Positions 13,538 through 26,471 of a stretch of DNA of 64,000 nt are shown here, one piece after another (positions within the stretch are counted from its first letter, which is position 1; every line of letters begins with the position of its first letter). The notes beneath the pieces are model-generated. The model made no database searches. It saw only the letters and a program-made list of their open reading frames with translations, and was not told where the DNA came from. Made by a program: the position numbers and the translations under genes. Origin of the DNA: Oikopleura dioica (taxonomy: Eukaryota > Animalia > Chordata); assembly GCA_907165135.1 (NCBI GenBank), contig OU015566.1, positions 12,152,001 to 12,216,000 on the forward strand. Direction: 5' to 3'.

Positions 13538-13701
13538 TTTCGACTGATTCAAAATTCTGCTGTTGTTTGAATAAAAAACAGGCTCCTTTCGTGTTCTAGA
13601 AGCATCAGAATATTAATCACGTGATTATTTTCCGTAATTGAAGAAAAACGGCAGTGCATAAATTTGTGAAAGTGAGCTAAAATGAGTGAACTATTAGATT
13701 T

Positions 13702-14714
13702 TTAAAGAAGGACTCCGTGAGTGGATTCCTCTGGACACACAGTTTCTTCAAAGGGTTCTTCGTTTTCGTCACCGTCGCCTTCGCCATCGAGGAGAACTTC
13801 GGAATTGACAACAAAGTTGAGGAAAACGTCAGTTGTAGAAAGTTCGTTTGTGGATACTGTGACCATGTGTTTGACGTGAAGCAGTCCATTTTTGTCAATT
13901 CGAAAAGCCACGCGAGTAGATGCTCTAAATTAAGATAAATAAAGTTTTATAGAGAATAGCGCTTTACTTTGAAGGAGTCAACACAGCCTTCATAAAGTCG
14001 GTCCGATATCTTCGCGCTACATAATATTTGCATTGAAAATCCATCTCTTCGTTCAAAAGTTCTTCCGCAAAATCAATCCTTACTTTTCCAACAAGGCCCT
14101 TGGAGATGAATGAGAAGTGAGGAGCATCAGGGCTCATGACAATCTTGGTCGACGCGCCGATGACATCCCAGTTCTCAATAGCTTCGCGGAGGCTCCTCGC
14201 ATTAAGGACAAATCGTGGGATTTCTTTATCGTTGTCGAATTCGAAGGATAGTTGTGCATCGACGTCAAAAACTGTTGAGGATAATTAGACAGGGAATAGG
14301 TTTACTTTTACCTTGAATATGAACATCAACAGTCATGCCATCCTCGATCAATTTCACCAGCAACGGCTCATTTTCCTCAACTTGTGAGATCTCAACAGCA
14401 GCCAGTTGCACTAACGACAAGGCGGATGTCAAGTCCGATCCTTGGACGCAAAATTTCACCACCCGTTCGGGCAAGGTTAGCTCCTCGAAGAGAGCTCTTT
14501 TCATATCAGTTGTGCTTTCAATGCACGCTTCGAACTCAGAGACGATGGAAATGCCGGACTCATTGATGACAAATGAAACCATGCACGAAGGATTGATCAT
14601 TAGCCCCTTGAGAAGTTGGAGCAGGATATTTGCTTTGGACAACCGACAGAAAAATAGACAGTTTCCCGCGCGCTGCTCCTCGGGAAAGTCGTCCGGATAC
14701 GCTTCATTTTCCAT
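13702..14714 (-). CDS. RAD1: RAD1-like 9-1-1 checkpoint clamp subunit
   Basis: PCNA-like pattern: NILLQLLKGL, INESGISIVSE, RYRTDFMKAV, RVAFRIDKNGLLHVKHMV, acidic tail. Confidence 0.72.
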
Positions 14715-14785
14715 TCTATGAACAGAGAAAATAACTAGAGTTTTTTTCCTGGTTGTTTTTTTTTTATTTTCAAACAAGACAGAAA

Positions 14786-15856
14786 TTAACGCTTCTTGCG
14801 TTTTCCACCAGCCATCTTCTTTTTCTTCGGCTTAGGCTCTCCTTTCCCTCCTGTGAGTCCAGAATAGTCGCCGAAATGAGTCAATGTATCCAGTTCACTC
14901 CTTTTCATCGCATCTCTCTCTTTGTGTCTTTAAAAGATATGATGATTGATCCATTAATAAGAATTTCTTAGTTTCTTACTTTAAGTTTAATTACCTATCT
15001 CGTTTCTCAACGCGCGTTCGAGTCATGTATGCTTCTTCGAAAATCTTCTTTTCTTTTTCCTCTCTCAAAAGTCTGAAAGTTTCATACAGAATCGGAAATT
15101 TGAAAACAAAATGTTACCTAGCGGACATTTTTCCGGACTGATGCAATTCTCCAGTATTAATCTCTTCCGGCTCGTCTGTATCCTTCATCAATTCATCCGC
15201 GATCGCACCGCGAATCGCCTTTTTCTTTCTGCGCTCTTCAGCTTTATCTGTTCCAGGTTCATCATAAAATGCTTGTCGATTTTTAGGAATAACGTATTTT
15301 CCGGTCGACTTTTTAGTCGTCTGTTCCTCGTCTTCCATTTCCTCGTCATCAGATCCTGAATCAAGAAAATAAAGCAAATACGTCGAATTTGCCTCACCAA
15401 AATCAATATCGTCAATATCAGCCGGTTTTTGATTGAGGGGATCATCCTTAGCCATCTTTCCCGAAGCCATTTTGGTGAGCTTCTCAGTTTTGTAGCTGAT
15501 TTTGTCTTCCAAAGGTTTTATCCTCTCCATGACAACTCGCTCTTCTATCAGTCTATCTACCAGTGGAGAGCCGGAAATCGATACGCCAGACAATTGGCAT
15601 CCAACAACATTCAGCAAGTCTGTTAGATACATGCTCATACAAGAGTTCTAGTCGTTTGTTAAAAAAAGAAAGTGTTTCAAAGACAAACCTTGAGTCCGAA
15701 AAGATCAAGCCCATCCTTATGATTTGATAGCTCATTGTCAATCGAGCTGTCTACTTTCTTGACCACTTCAGATATTTGATCCAACTCATGGTCGATATCA
15801 TTCAGTAAAGCGCCGTATTTAGGCAAGTCTTCTTCAAATACCGAATTCACTGTCAT
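14786..15856 (-). CDS. NGDN: Neuroguidin (Sas10/Utp3 family)
   Basis: MYLTDLLNVV, LVDRLIEERVVMERIKPLEDKISYKTEKL, GKYVIPK, basic tail ending RKKR. Confidence 0.88.
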
Positions 15857-15927
15857 TCTTATAGGTCAATACAATCACATACAGTTCATGATTCGAACGA
15901 GTTTATTGTTCATCAGGGAAAAGTAAA

Positions 15928-17565
15928 CTAATTTGGTTCAATTTGGATATTTTTCGACCAAATTGTTGAGATTGAAATAACACCAGAGTAGAGAACAAAA
16001 TGGAGATAAAAAGTATATTGAGCGTTTTCAAAGTATATTCTGTTGATGATCTGGAATGCAGCATCGGATTGGAACAAATAAATCAGGTTTGAGAGGATAA
16101 GCCAGCCAAATAAAACGGATTGAAGTAAGATATTGAATCTACCAGTTATTGATGAGGGGAGGCTAAAAATTTTTATTATAAGGGCACGTAAAACATCTGC
16201 TAAACCTTTGAACAAAACGAGTTTGATACGCTCTGTAAATCAAGAATTCAAGCATAACACCAGCACAATTAGCTGTGGCCCAGTCTCTGCATGTTTCTGT
16301 AGCTCCATGCCAATAATAGACAGTGAAAAAGCTTGCCACAGTCCCAACGATTACCCTCCATGTTGCCCGCGAAGTACAAATAGGCAAGTAAATGCAATGC
16401 TTCAAGAATAAATGAAGGCCTTTGTCGAATTCTCTCCACATATCACGGAAAGTACATCGGGTTGATACTTGATGCGGACCGCCTGGTGTTCGGATTCCGC
16501 AGAGGTGAGACCAAAAAGACCCAATTCCATACATGACCATGTATTTCAAACAGAAATGCTGGACCGCGTACATTGCGACTCCAGTAACTCCGACAAGTGA
16601 AATGTCTAATTAAATTAATCAGAAATTTATAAGACATAAACGAAATACCTTTACGAGATCGTGGATCATAAGCGAACGAAGAAAAGGGAATCACATGGAG
16701 GTAAAACTCAATAAATACGAATAAGATTCCAAGGCCAATAAATTGTTTGAAAAGATCAACAAAACTCGTCGTAAACACACGATTATCTCGGTCTTTTCGA
16801 TAAAAAGAATAAATGAACCAAGGACCACAGAAAACGGGAAGGAAGAAATTGTACTCTAGGGCGTCAAAGAGGCTATCAGGATTGTCTTCTTGAGCCGCGA
16901 TAAATAGCGACATGGAGATAAGACGGAAAACTTGAGTTGAGATCGAAAAGACAAGAAAGTAGGTCCATCGTTTAGGCAGTTCTGGATCGAGAAATTGAGT
17001 GAAAACCCACTCGTAGTCGTTGATGAGCGTGACAAAAAGAAAAGCAGCAACATATATGATGAATCTCTCTCGAAGTCGACCAAGAGCGTAGAAAACGACC
17101 GTCAAGGAGGAAATAATCAGCATTCCTTGCCAAGTAAGAAGCCATGTCAGGATGCCAACAGAAAGAATGAATAGAATCCCTCGTTGGATTATTTTTCGAA
17201 AGTGTAAAAGACGGAATAGTTGATAAAAAGAAGTATAGACAAAGGGAACAACGAGGAATAACAAAGGCCCAGCCTTGATGAACTGCTCCCACTCGCCGTC
17301 ACGCCGATCTCGCTGGTGAAAACGCTGGATTTTCTCGACGCCAAAGACATTGAAAAGTTTGGTAAGCCATCCTGGTTTCAAGTGGCCGAGGCCAGTAAGG
17401 CGCTTTTTGTACGATTGAACTTCAATGCCTACGAATCACTAATAAGCACATTTTAAGTTCCTTTTAATTACCAGTAACAATCAGCAGATACGTAAAATTC
17501 AACCACCAAACAACATGTGCGAAGAGAACTTCAGTTTTTTTCAATCTCGGCAATTTAAAAACCAT
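15928..17565 (-). CDS. HHAT: MBOAT-family hedgehog acyltransferase-like (HHAT/GUP1)
   Basis: N-terminal LPRLKKTEV, PGW..RDRRDGEW, YNFFLPVFCGP, MWREFDKGLHLFLKHCIYLP, YYWHG (catalytic His). Confidence 0.8.
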
Positions 17566-17958
17566 TTTCGAGCTTTTACTACGGCTCAATTATCTTATGC
17601 TTCATCGACGTTGAGAACAAAGGCGACCTTTCATATTCGTTTCCCAACGCCCAGGGCCAATATAAACGGTGCTGAATTACGTACTTCAGCATATTTGCTT
17701 TTTGCAAGAAAATACAGAAGAATAAAGTTCAAGGCTTGTGGCTTTATTTGGAATGTGACAGAGTGTAGGGCAGCTCAGATAAGATTTGATTTAGCATGGG
17801 GTGAATGGGGGTGATCGAGATGAGCTTTGTGATGAGAGAAAAATAGTGGAATGTGAATCGTGTTTGGATTTTAAATGAGCGGGAAATTATGTACAGCTCT
17901 GAAAGTGATGCAAATGTGAATAATAGTATTTTCTATGTACAGTCTAGCTAAAAATGGC

Positions 17959-20900
17959 CTAGCTTCCGAGAGAGTCGGGCACCGGAGCAGGCAAATCTTT
18001 GTGCCACACTCGAAGCTTGTTAAGTGTGCTATTCAAGGCTTTGCACCATTCTTTCTTCTGCTCGTTGTCGTCAGCAGAAAAAACGTATCTGACGAACTTG
18101 TTGGGATCGTAAGATGAGACGATTCCTTCGAAGTGTGTTGGATTGCGCTTCTGATCGCCAGCGAGGGTGCGCAGTACAACTCGAAGCAATTTGGACGGGA
18201 AGTCATTGCTCGATTTGCTGTTTTCACCTGAAAATTGTTGAAGAGGAGAGAAATAATAGACTGATTTACCTCCTCGTTGAGCGCATATCGAAGACTAATG
18301 TAGCCTTCCTGCGGAAGATCTTCTTGATCTTCAGGATACTTCCAGAAAGTAATCCTGTCTCGGCTGAGAACCGCCCAGTATCGTCGCCAATCTCCGTAGT
18401 CTAAGAATTGTGTAAGAATAGGAAGTAAGTAGCGAAGGCTTACGTGAGTCACCGCCTTTTCGGACAGTCAAGAATGTGGAGAACGCGGTGCTCTTTGTGA
18501 ACTTCATCTCAACCGGCATCGCAAAAACCGATTGGATCAGCGAGTCCCAAGTCGTACGGAGTTTGTACTGCTCGTATGACTGTGCCGTGTCCATTGTGAT
18601 CGAAGCAGAACCAACTGATCGGAAGTTCGATTTGCGCACAGCGTTTGGTCCGCCCGCAGACATCATCGCTGGATTAGATGGAATTTTTTCGACCGATGTC
18701 GACTGAACATGCTTTTTATCAAAAAATCATCTGAGAAATTATTACCTTTTTGAACCCAAGTTTTTTGAAAAGCTTTCCGCTTGCAAGTTGCTTGGATTTG
18801 GGTTCAACCTTTGGCATCTGTGTTGACATCGAGTAAATGGAAACATCGATGACAAAATCTTGCCGCACATTTTTGAAAGTACATCGTGAGTCAAGAATCA
18901 GCGACTTTTGTTCGCGAATGTTTTTTATTTCTTTGACTGATGTTACGTGCACTTGGTCGTCGACTTGCACAATCGCCATCATCCAGTGGGTCGAGTTGAG
19001 ATGCTGAGGACTTTGGAAGGTTTCCTGGTAACGAGTTCTAAGGAAGAAAGTATGAGAAGAGATATTGAGTGCTTTTGTTACCTTAGATGAATGTCACCAA
19101 TTTCGAGCTTCCCGACTGAAAGCCCTTTTTCAGTTTTCAGCTTCTCCAGGCCACTCTTTGCCGCTTCATACTTTTTCGTAGCCTCCAAAAGGCATGCCTC
19201 CGCCGCGACTTGAGTCTGAGTTCCCTTCCCATGCTTCAAATCAGTGCAAACGGATAGAGCTGCGCTTGTTTGCCTGATGATGCTCATTTGTTTGGAGACG
19301 ATCTCCTCGAGTTCGCGCTTTCTCTTGGTGATATCGACTCTGACCTCTTGATTCTCGACTTCTTGAAAGACGCTAGAGACGGTTGCCCGGGCCTCGTAGT
19401 TCTTCAAACGCTGCGTTTTGCGAAAACTGGCGATTGATTTTGGGTTGAACTCGACTATCGAAGTATCGTCGTAAGCGACAGTGTTGCTTCTGCGCTTGTT
19501 CTTCGCTTTTGGGCTGACGATATCTCCCTCTTCGTAGTAGCTCTTTTCTGCCACATCTTCCAGTATCTCATCCCTTTCACGGCGGGTGCTCAATGCGCAC
19601 TTCAAGGAGCTCTTCGACTCGGCCAAAAGTCAAATTGATTGTTGACAAATGACATTGAATGACCTCGTTTGTATCCAGTCACATTTGATACTGTATTTTC
19701 GACTGTGTTTTCCATCACGAAATCTTCGCTCGCTGATTCGTCCATGTGAAAGGACTCGATATTGTCGGAAATTCTCGTTGACTGCAAAGGAGTGCCGAAT
19801 TCAGAAACTGGCTCTATCTTCGCATTCAACAAGGACTCGTTGTTTTCAGAGCTGTGGAAGCTACCGACAGTGTCGTTTGAAGTTTCTGCGACAGGAAGAT
19901 GTGGCTCTGGAAGCATTTCCTCGCGAGCTGGAACAACTGTGTACGGCTCTGTATTAACAGAATCAGAGAGATCGAGGCTTTCTGGTTCTATATGTTGTGC
20001 TGGAGGAGTTTTGTCGACATCCATCGACTCATCAGATTCTGCTCCGAACGATTCTCGCGTTTCAAGCAATACTGGAGGCAGATTGCGCTGCTCGGGCGTT
20101 CGCTGATTCTGTGGCGTATTGAAGTTCCTAAATTTGACTTGATGAGTAGATCAAGAGGCGAATGACTTACGCAATAAGTTTGTTGACTTTCTTGACTTTA
20201 TTTAGCTCCAACAACGACTCATTTTTTGACATAACATGGGTTGACTCTGGTTCTGGCGCTACTCTTGAACTCGTCGGCGTTTCAACAACTGGAAAATAAT
20301 TATAAATTCAAATGTGTTTCTTACGTTTAATTGGCTTTGGAGTAGCTTTAGGCGAGTCAGTCATCAGCGAGTTGATCCTGTCCTCAAAAAATTTGGCCTT
20401 TTGATGCTTTGACTTGGGCACTATCGTCGTCGATTTCTTTCCAGCTCTTTCTAGTGCCGCTTGAATTTGTTCTTTCGCAGAAGTCTGTGGCACAGGAACG
20501 CTCGGTTGCTCGATGGTTTTGAAGACAGGAAGACCTGAGGATTGGGCTTGAGGCTTTGGCGCGGAAAACTTTTGGACAGAAGCAATGTCCGGCTTTGGCG
20601 CTTTCGAGGGAGTTTGCTGGAGACTGTCGTCATCCCAGATAGCGCGTTCGGCAGCCATCTGAGCCCATTTGCTCTTTTTCTTGGAAGGCGTTGAAGGAGT
20701 TTCGGGAAGGGAAATTTCAGTAGGCGCTTCTGTCATGTTGACATGCGAGGCAGATTCAATTGACGGTAGTTCACGAGCGGTTTCCAGGATCGAATTGTGT
20801 GATGGTTCTTTTCCCTGGTCCGCGGAATCGCAGTTACGCAGATGCGCAGTCAGCGCGGCAAGTTTCGCTTTACGCTCTGCGCGCCTCATTTCGCTGAGAA

Positions 20901-21124
20901 ACACCGTTAGAATTTTATCAGACGATTTAATCAGCTTACCTATCAGACATTTTCGGTTTTTTCGGCTCCGTCTCTTTCGCCTCCACATTCGATTCCAGTA
21001 GAGGTCTTCTCTTTGTCGATATATTCATATCGACAACTGTGCAAGGATCAACTCCTTGTTCCGCTATTTTCTTCTCCCTCTTCATTTTCTGCTCGAGAAG
21101 CGCTTTTTTAAACTCACTGGCCAT
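17959..21124 (-). CDS. ANLN: Anillin-like protein (anillin homology plus PH domain) with an apparent 1-nt frameshift near 18178
   Basis: TQTQVAAEACLLEATKK, QDFVIDVSIYSM, WRRYWAVL, FWKYPED, RPNCFEL, SADDNEQKKEWCKALN..LRVW. Confidence 0.85.
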
Positions 21125-21193
21125 TTTCCGATCGATTACAAGCAAAATTAAATTCTAAACTTGAAAAAATCCGTTAGGTAATTAGCCACTTTA

Positions 21194-22374
21194 TCACGCG
21201 CTCACAAGCTTAGCAAGTTCACTTTGTACAGAAAGATAAAGAGCAGTAGATAAAATTGTTAAAATCGCAAACGTTTTAAAACCTTTATAAATTGTTAGGT
21301 GTTTTTGAATATCTAGCCCTGGTGGAGGCATATTGGTTTGTTGAAAGTACTCTAAATTACGAATGTCGCCGAGACTACGGACTAAATCATATTCTAGCAC
21401 TCCTACTGAGTGTTTGTCTGTAACTTTGTCGATGAAGATAACGCCATTAAGTTGATCGACGGCGTTTTGGACCATGAAACTATCTGGAGGAGTGAGGGTC
21501 ATTTTGACTATCCTACGGGCGGCCAGGTCATATGCTGTCAGCTCTATTAACTTTCAAAATGGTCAAAAAAGGCGGATAATGTTCTCTCTAACGGTAAAAA
21601 AAAATCAGTGTGCCAGCGTGGCAATTGCGTGCAAAAAATGATCGTGAGATAAATAACGCAGATGTTTTGAAACTTAGATCTTTTAAAACAAAAACAACCA
21701 CACTTTTTGACCAGTCCCTGATGTCGTTCTACTACACCCGAAAGAGCGGGCACGGACAGCGAAGATTCTATTGAAAACGCCTTTTCATTTGTCAAAGGCC
21801 GTATTTCCGGATTCGCGAAGATGTAATTTTTTGTCTTGTCTGTCCCCTTGATCGTAAATCCGTCTTCGTCAAGGGCGAGGTGTAGTTGAACGAGCATTAT
21901 TTTCATCGGAAGGCCGACTTGAGGAGCGGTGATCACCCAGCCGTACTGCGCGAACTTTTCCATTTTGTTGAGTGATTTGATAATCGCGGGATTGTGCTGC
22001 TCGAAGGTCTTTATGTCGACGCTGTTGTAGATATTCACGTCGAAATCCGCTGCAGGCTGGCGTAGAATTGGATCACCTGAAAACACGATTAGACTTCTCT
22101 TTCTTATTTTTTATATAAAGGACTCGGGATTAATTATTGAAAATGGCGCGTAAAATTCGTTTTTCAAACTGGGCGTTTTTCAAAAATTCTGATTCTCCGA
22201 TCAAATATTTGATCAGTCAGCATAAAATCAGAGTATCAAATATCGTAAGGAATTTCGTATTTCCTTCTTACCTATCAATGCGATGTGATTGTATGGAAGA
22301 TATTTGGGGCCGATTTTCTTTTGAACCCGAGATCGAGTGATTTTCGCCGCTCTGGTGAAGATCGAGCTGCTCAT
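21194..22374 (-). CDS. Peptide deformylase-like protein with degenerate active site and hydrophobic C-terminal tail
   Basis: LIG|DPILRQ, GWVITAPQVG, ANPEI, ESSLSVP, QNAVDQLNGVIFIDK: PDF fold, but the EGCLS and HExDH ligands are replaced. Confidence 0.85.
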
Positions 22375-22416
22375 TCTACTAATCATTTCCGTCAGTTTGA
22401 GAATTGAATTGAAGCA

Positions 22417-23285
22417 TCAGTTGGTAGCAGCAGAGATAGATAAGGCAAGAAAGAAGGAAATGACGGAAGTGAGGGCGATTGTTTGCGGGAGCTTTTCGGA
22501 TTGCTGGACGAGTTCGTCGACTATTTTTCTCTCGCCAGCGCGAATTCGGAGAAAATTTGAAACGCCAATCGCTTCTTTTCAAAGATACAACAATTTTTTA
22601 CAAATTAAAGTACTAAATTAGAAGCAGAAATATTAGAATCTTTCCTTTATCTTCGACTCTATCGAGAAACAAAACTCCATCCAAATGATCAATTTCATGT
22701 TGAAGGCAAAAGCTATCATCTCCTTGAAAATCCTGTAGAATCTCTTCTCCATTACTGTAGTCAAACGCCTTCAGTCTTATCGACTCGTGTCGAGGAACAG
22801 AAGCGACAAGAGCTGGGACGGAGAGGCATCCTTCTATCGACGGGACAACTTTGGTACTTTTGCCGACTATTTGAGGATTGACAAAGACTTTTTCTCGTCC
22901 ATTTTGGAGGGTTAAAAGGATGATTCTCTAAAGAAAAAATATGCTAAAAGAAGCTTCTTTGAGAGTTCAAACCTGATGAATTCCGATTTGCGGGGCAGCT
23001 AGCCCAAGTGCATCAAATTCTCTTGCCACTGATTGCATTTCTTTGACGATCGTTTCCAATTTTTCATAATTTTCCGTTTCAACTGGCCGTGAGATTTCTC
23101 GAAGCAGCGGGTCCCCAATTTGCAGCGGGAAGTTAAATGGGGCTTGCTCTTTACGACCCCTTTTGTCCGGGTCATCACCTGCCGAGTATTTTCGCGGAAA
23201 TGGTGGATTAGGAGGACCCTTCCCGGATTTTCCTTGAGTTGCTCAGTTTTGGCTTCGCGTTTTTCAAAAAATGCGCTCTATACAT
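22417..23285 (-). CDS. PDF: Mitochondrial peptide deformylase, intact motifs; both ends need non-GT introns or are uncertain
   Basis: QIGDPLLRE, GLAAPQIG, FVNPQI, EGCLSVP, QHEIDHLDGVLFLDR; basic N-terminus MYRAHFLKNAKPKLSNSRKIR resembles a presequence. Confidence 0.92.
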
Positions 23286-23874
23286 AATTATGATTCTTCT
23301 TTCTGAACGGAATAAAATGCGTTATTTGAATTGGACGATATGCAAACAGTACACAGAAATCAAGGTGAATAAATTAAATATGAACTGTAAAATATGTTTC
23401 GTAAGAAAATTTCTGCAAAGAATGGTTGTGAAAAACTAACTTGCGCAAAACTACCACTGTTTTTTGATCGAACAGTTGGAATAACCAACTAGTTTTTATT
23501 TAGTGCAAAAGTGTAAATTGAGATTTTTTTATTAAAAAAAAATTAATAAAACCAGAATTCCTTCTGAAAATATCAGAAAATGTAGATAATCCTTCTTCTG
23601 TCAAATCTCTTTTCAAATTCAAATTACTCCTCGCTGATTTTCATTCTTAGCCGGAATAAAATGAGCGCATCATTCAACATCTCTAGACGCGCGGGATTTG
23701 GCGCTCGTTTCTGGATCTGTCGTGCACATCGCGGCGGCCAATCCGCAGCCAACCCATTCACTCCCTTCACTGCGCGCCTCTCGACTTCTCGTCATTCTCG
23801 GATAAGCGCGTGAAATTCGCAGCGTTCAACTCATCAACCCGAACAGAAACGTTTCAAAGTTTGAAATTCAAACG

Positions 23875-25003
23875 ATGAAACTCAGGGCCGGCATTGATTT
23901 GAAGAGAGTTTCTGATGGAACTTCAGCATCTGCCACGAAGAAGAAAGTTAGACTGGATTCGTTTGAGAGCCTTTTCCCTGGGATGTTGATTTCCTATGGA
24001 AGGTTTGGGAAGTGCTATGGATCTGAATGTGATGGGTGAGATTAATGACTTTACTTTCACATTTTGTTGATTCAATTATTAGAGTGCCGATGGAAACAGC
24101 AGAATACGACGGCTATCGACTGTGCAGGCAGTGCGCAGAAAAGGAGAACAAGGAGAAAGGTGAAGACTACTTCTTTGCGTCGGACTATACATTCGTACCT
24201 TCGGATGCAAAATTCAAATGCGCAGCCTACCGTATTGATGGAAGCTGCAAATCACTCGAGGTATCGTTCAAGGACTTCTATCTCGGATCGTGCTGCCAAC
24301 CCGCTTCAAAATGGTTGACCGAAAATAAGAAAGGTGCTTTATTATAAATAACAAACACTTATTTAACATAACAAATTTCAGGCCAGGAAGTAAAGCTGAA
24401 AACGATTCGGAAATATTACGACTCACTGAATGAAAAAAGTAGCTTTACAAGGAGAAGACTTGATGCCCGAGTGAAAGATCTGTGGGTTACAGAACATAGA
24501 CTGAGAGTGGAAAAGGAGAATTTTGAGAACAAGCTCGACGAGATGAAGAGACAAGTTGAAGAACGCGAAAAATATCTAGCTCACCGTAAAAAAAATCTGG
24601 AAAATGCGAGAAAGGAGGTTCGTGAGATAGATGCAGAGAAAGAGCCGCATGTCAAGCGATACAAGCAGTTGTTATACGAGTATCACTCAGTCGCCACCGA
24701 ACTCTCCCTCGATTACGGTGTTAAATCAAAAGGTTAACCGTTAATATTTAAAATATATGCTAAGTATTTTCATTAGAGATCAATGTGATGAAAGACAAAT
24801 GTTGCATCTGCAAGAAAGAATACAACTTACAATTTATGCGACGGAAATCAGCTCTGGCAACCTGTGGACATACTGCCTGTTACGGGTGCTTTCGTGATGC
24901 TCGAGTAGATTACAACGAAGACGATGAAGCCCTGTATGAATGTCCGATAGCCGAGTGTGGGGAAGACTTCGAAAGGCATGATATTGTCGAACTGCACGAC
25001 TAG
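23875..25003 (+). CDS. Cys-rich plus coiled-coil plus C-terminal RING-HC protein, tandem copy A
   Basis: 4 exons; CCIC..CGHTACYGC..CPIAEC RING; exons paralogous to copy B. Confidence 0.8.
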
Positions 25004-25150
25004 CAGCGAGGCACTTCCTTGTCTTTTGCCAAAAATATCATTTCTGTAATATCATTTTTGTAATTATTATTTCTTCTTACGACTGAAAAAATGTTTAGTA
25101 AAAATAGAGACAAATTCCATTCTTTAGATACAGTACGGTCTTTTTTCACT

Positions 25151-26236
25151 ATGAAACTCAGGTCCCGCAAAACAGACTACGGTGAGGCTTCGACAACCGC
25201 CTCAAAGAGAGCCAAATTGGATTCGTTTGAAAGCATTTACCCTGGCATGCTGATTTCCTATGGGAAGTACGGGATGTGTTACGGTTCTGGATGTGATGGG
25301 TGAGTTTGTAGACTTTTCTTTCGTAGATAATTAATTCAATTATAAGTGTGCCGATGGAAACGACAGTTTCGAAATTCACTTCCAAGCGAATGTGCAGAGA
25401 GTGCTTGAAAAAGGAGTATGAGGATAAAGATGATAATTGGCGGAGTTGGGAACATCTATTTATACCCTCGGATGCAAAATTCAAATGCCCAGCCTTTAGT
25501 TCTGATCAAAGCTGCAAATCTGGCAAGGTGTCGTTTACGGAGTTCTATCTCGGATCATGCTGCCAACCCGCTTCAAATTGGTTGACCGAAAATAAAAAAG
25601 GTACTTCATTTTATCATGGAGATAGTAAATGAAGACGTGGATATTCAGGTCAAGAGATAAAGCTGAAAACAGTTCGGCAGTATGTCGACTTATTGAATGA
25701 AAGAAGAAGCTTGGCTACTATTAGAGTTATCGATCAAGGGAAAGATGTCTGGCAGGCAGAGCGAGAACTGAAAGAAGAAAAGAAAAGGTTTGAGAAGAAG
25801 GTCGAAGAGATGAAGAAAGAACTTGAAAACTACGAGAAATATGTAACTCGCCAGAGAGAAGATCTGGAAGAAGCGACGAAAGAGTTTCGCGAGGCAGATC
25901 AAGAAAAAGAGCCGTGTGTCAAGCGATACAAGCAAATGCTTTACGAGTATCATTCAGTAGCCACTAAACTCTCCTTTGATGAAGGGATATCACAAAACGG
26001 TAAAATTCAATATTTGAAATTTATGCTAACAAATTTTGTAAGAAATCACGATAGACAAATGTGCTTTCTGCAACAAGTACTACAACGGCGATGATCGTCG
26101 AAAAGCAGTTATGGTAAATTGTGGTCATACTGGTTGTTACCGCTGCTTGGCTTATAGTTGGAACGAGTATGAGTGTCCGTTTGCCGACTGTAAGAAATAT
26201 GCTGGTTTCGAGGATGTAATTAAAGTGTACGACTAA
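25151..26236 (+). CDS. Cys-rich plus coiled-coil plus RING-HC protein, tandem copy B
   Basis: Same intron positions as copy A; last exon CAFC..CGHTGCYRC..CPFADC, stop 26234-26236. Confidence 0.8.
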
Positions 26237-26471
26237 TCGGACTTTCAAACAAAATATTATTACTATTATATTATATTACTAAATATTATTACTAAAGTGA
26301 TTATCTGTGCTTCATACTGTATAAAAAGTGTGAGAATAAAAAATAAAATAATGGAAATCGAAGTAAAAGAGTTGAACTCTGCAGGCATGTTTTTTTATAA
26401 AAAATGAAAACATGATAAATATTTGCAGGGAAATCATGGAAGAGATCCAAATTACAGCAATTTGAATCAAA

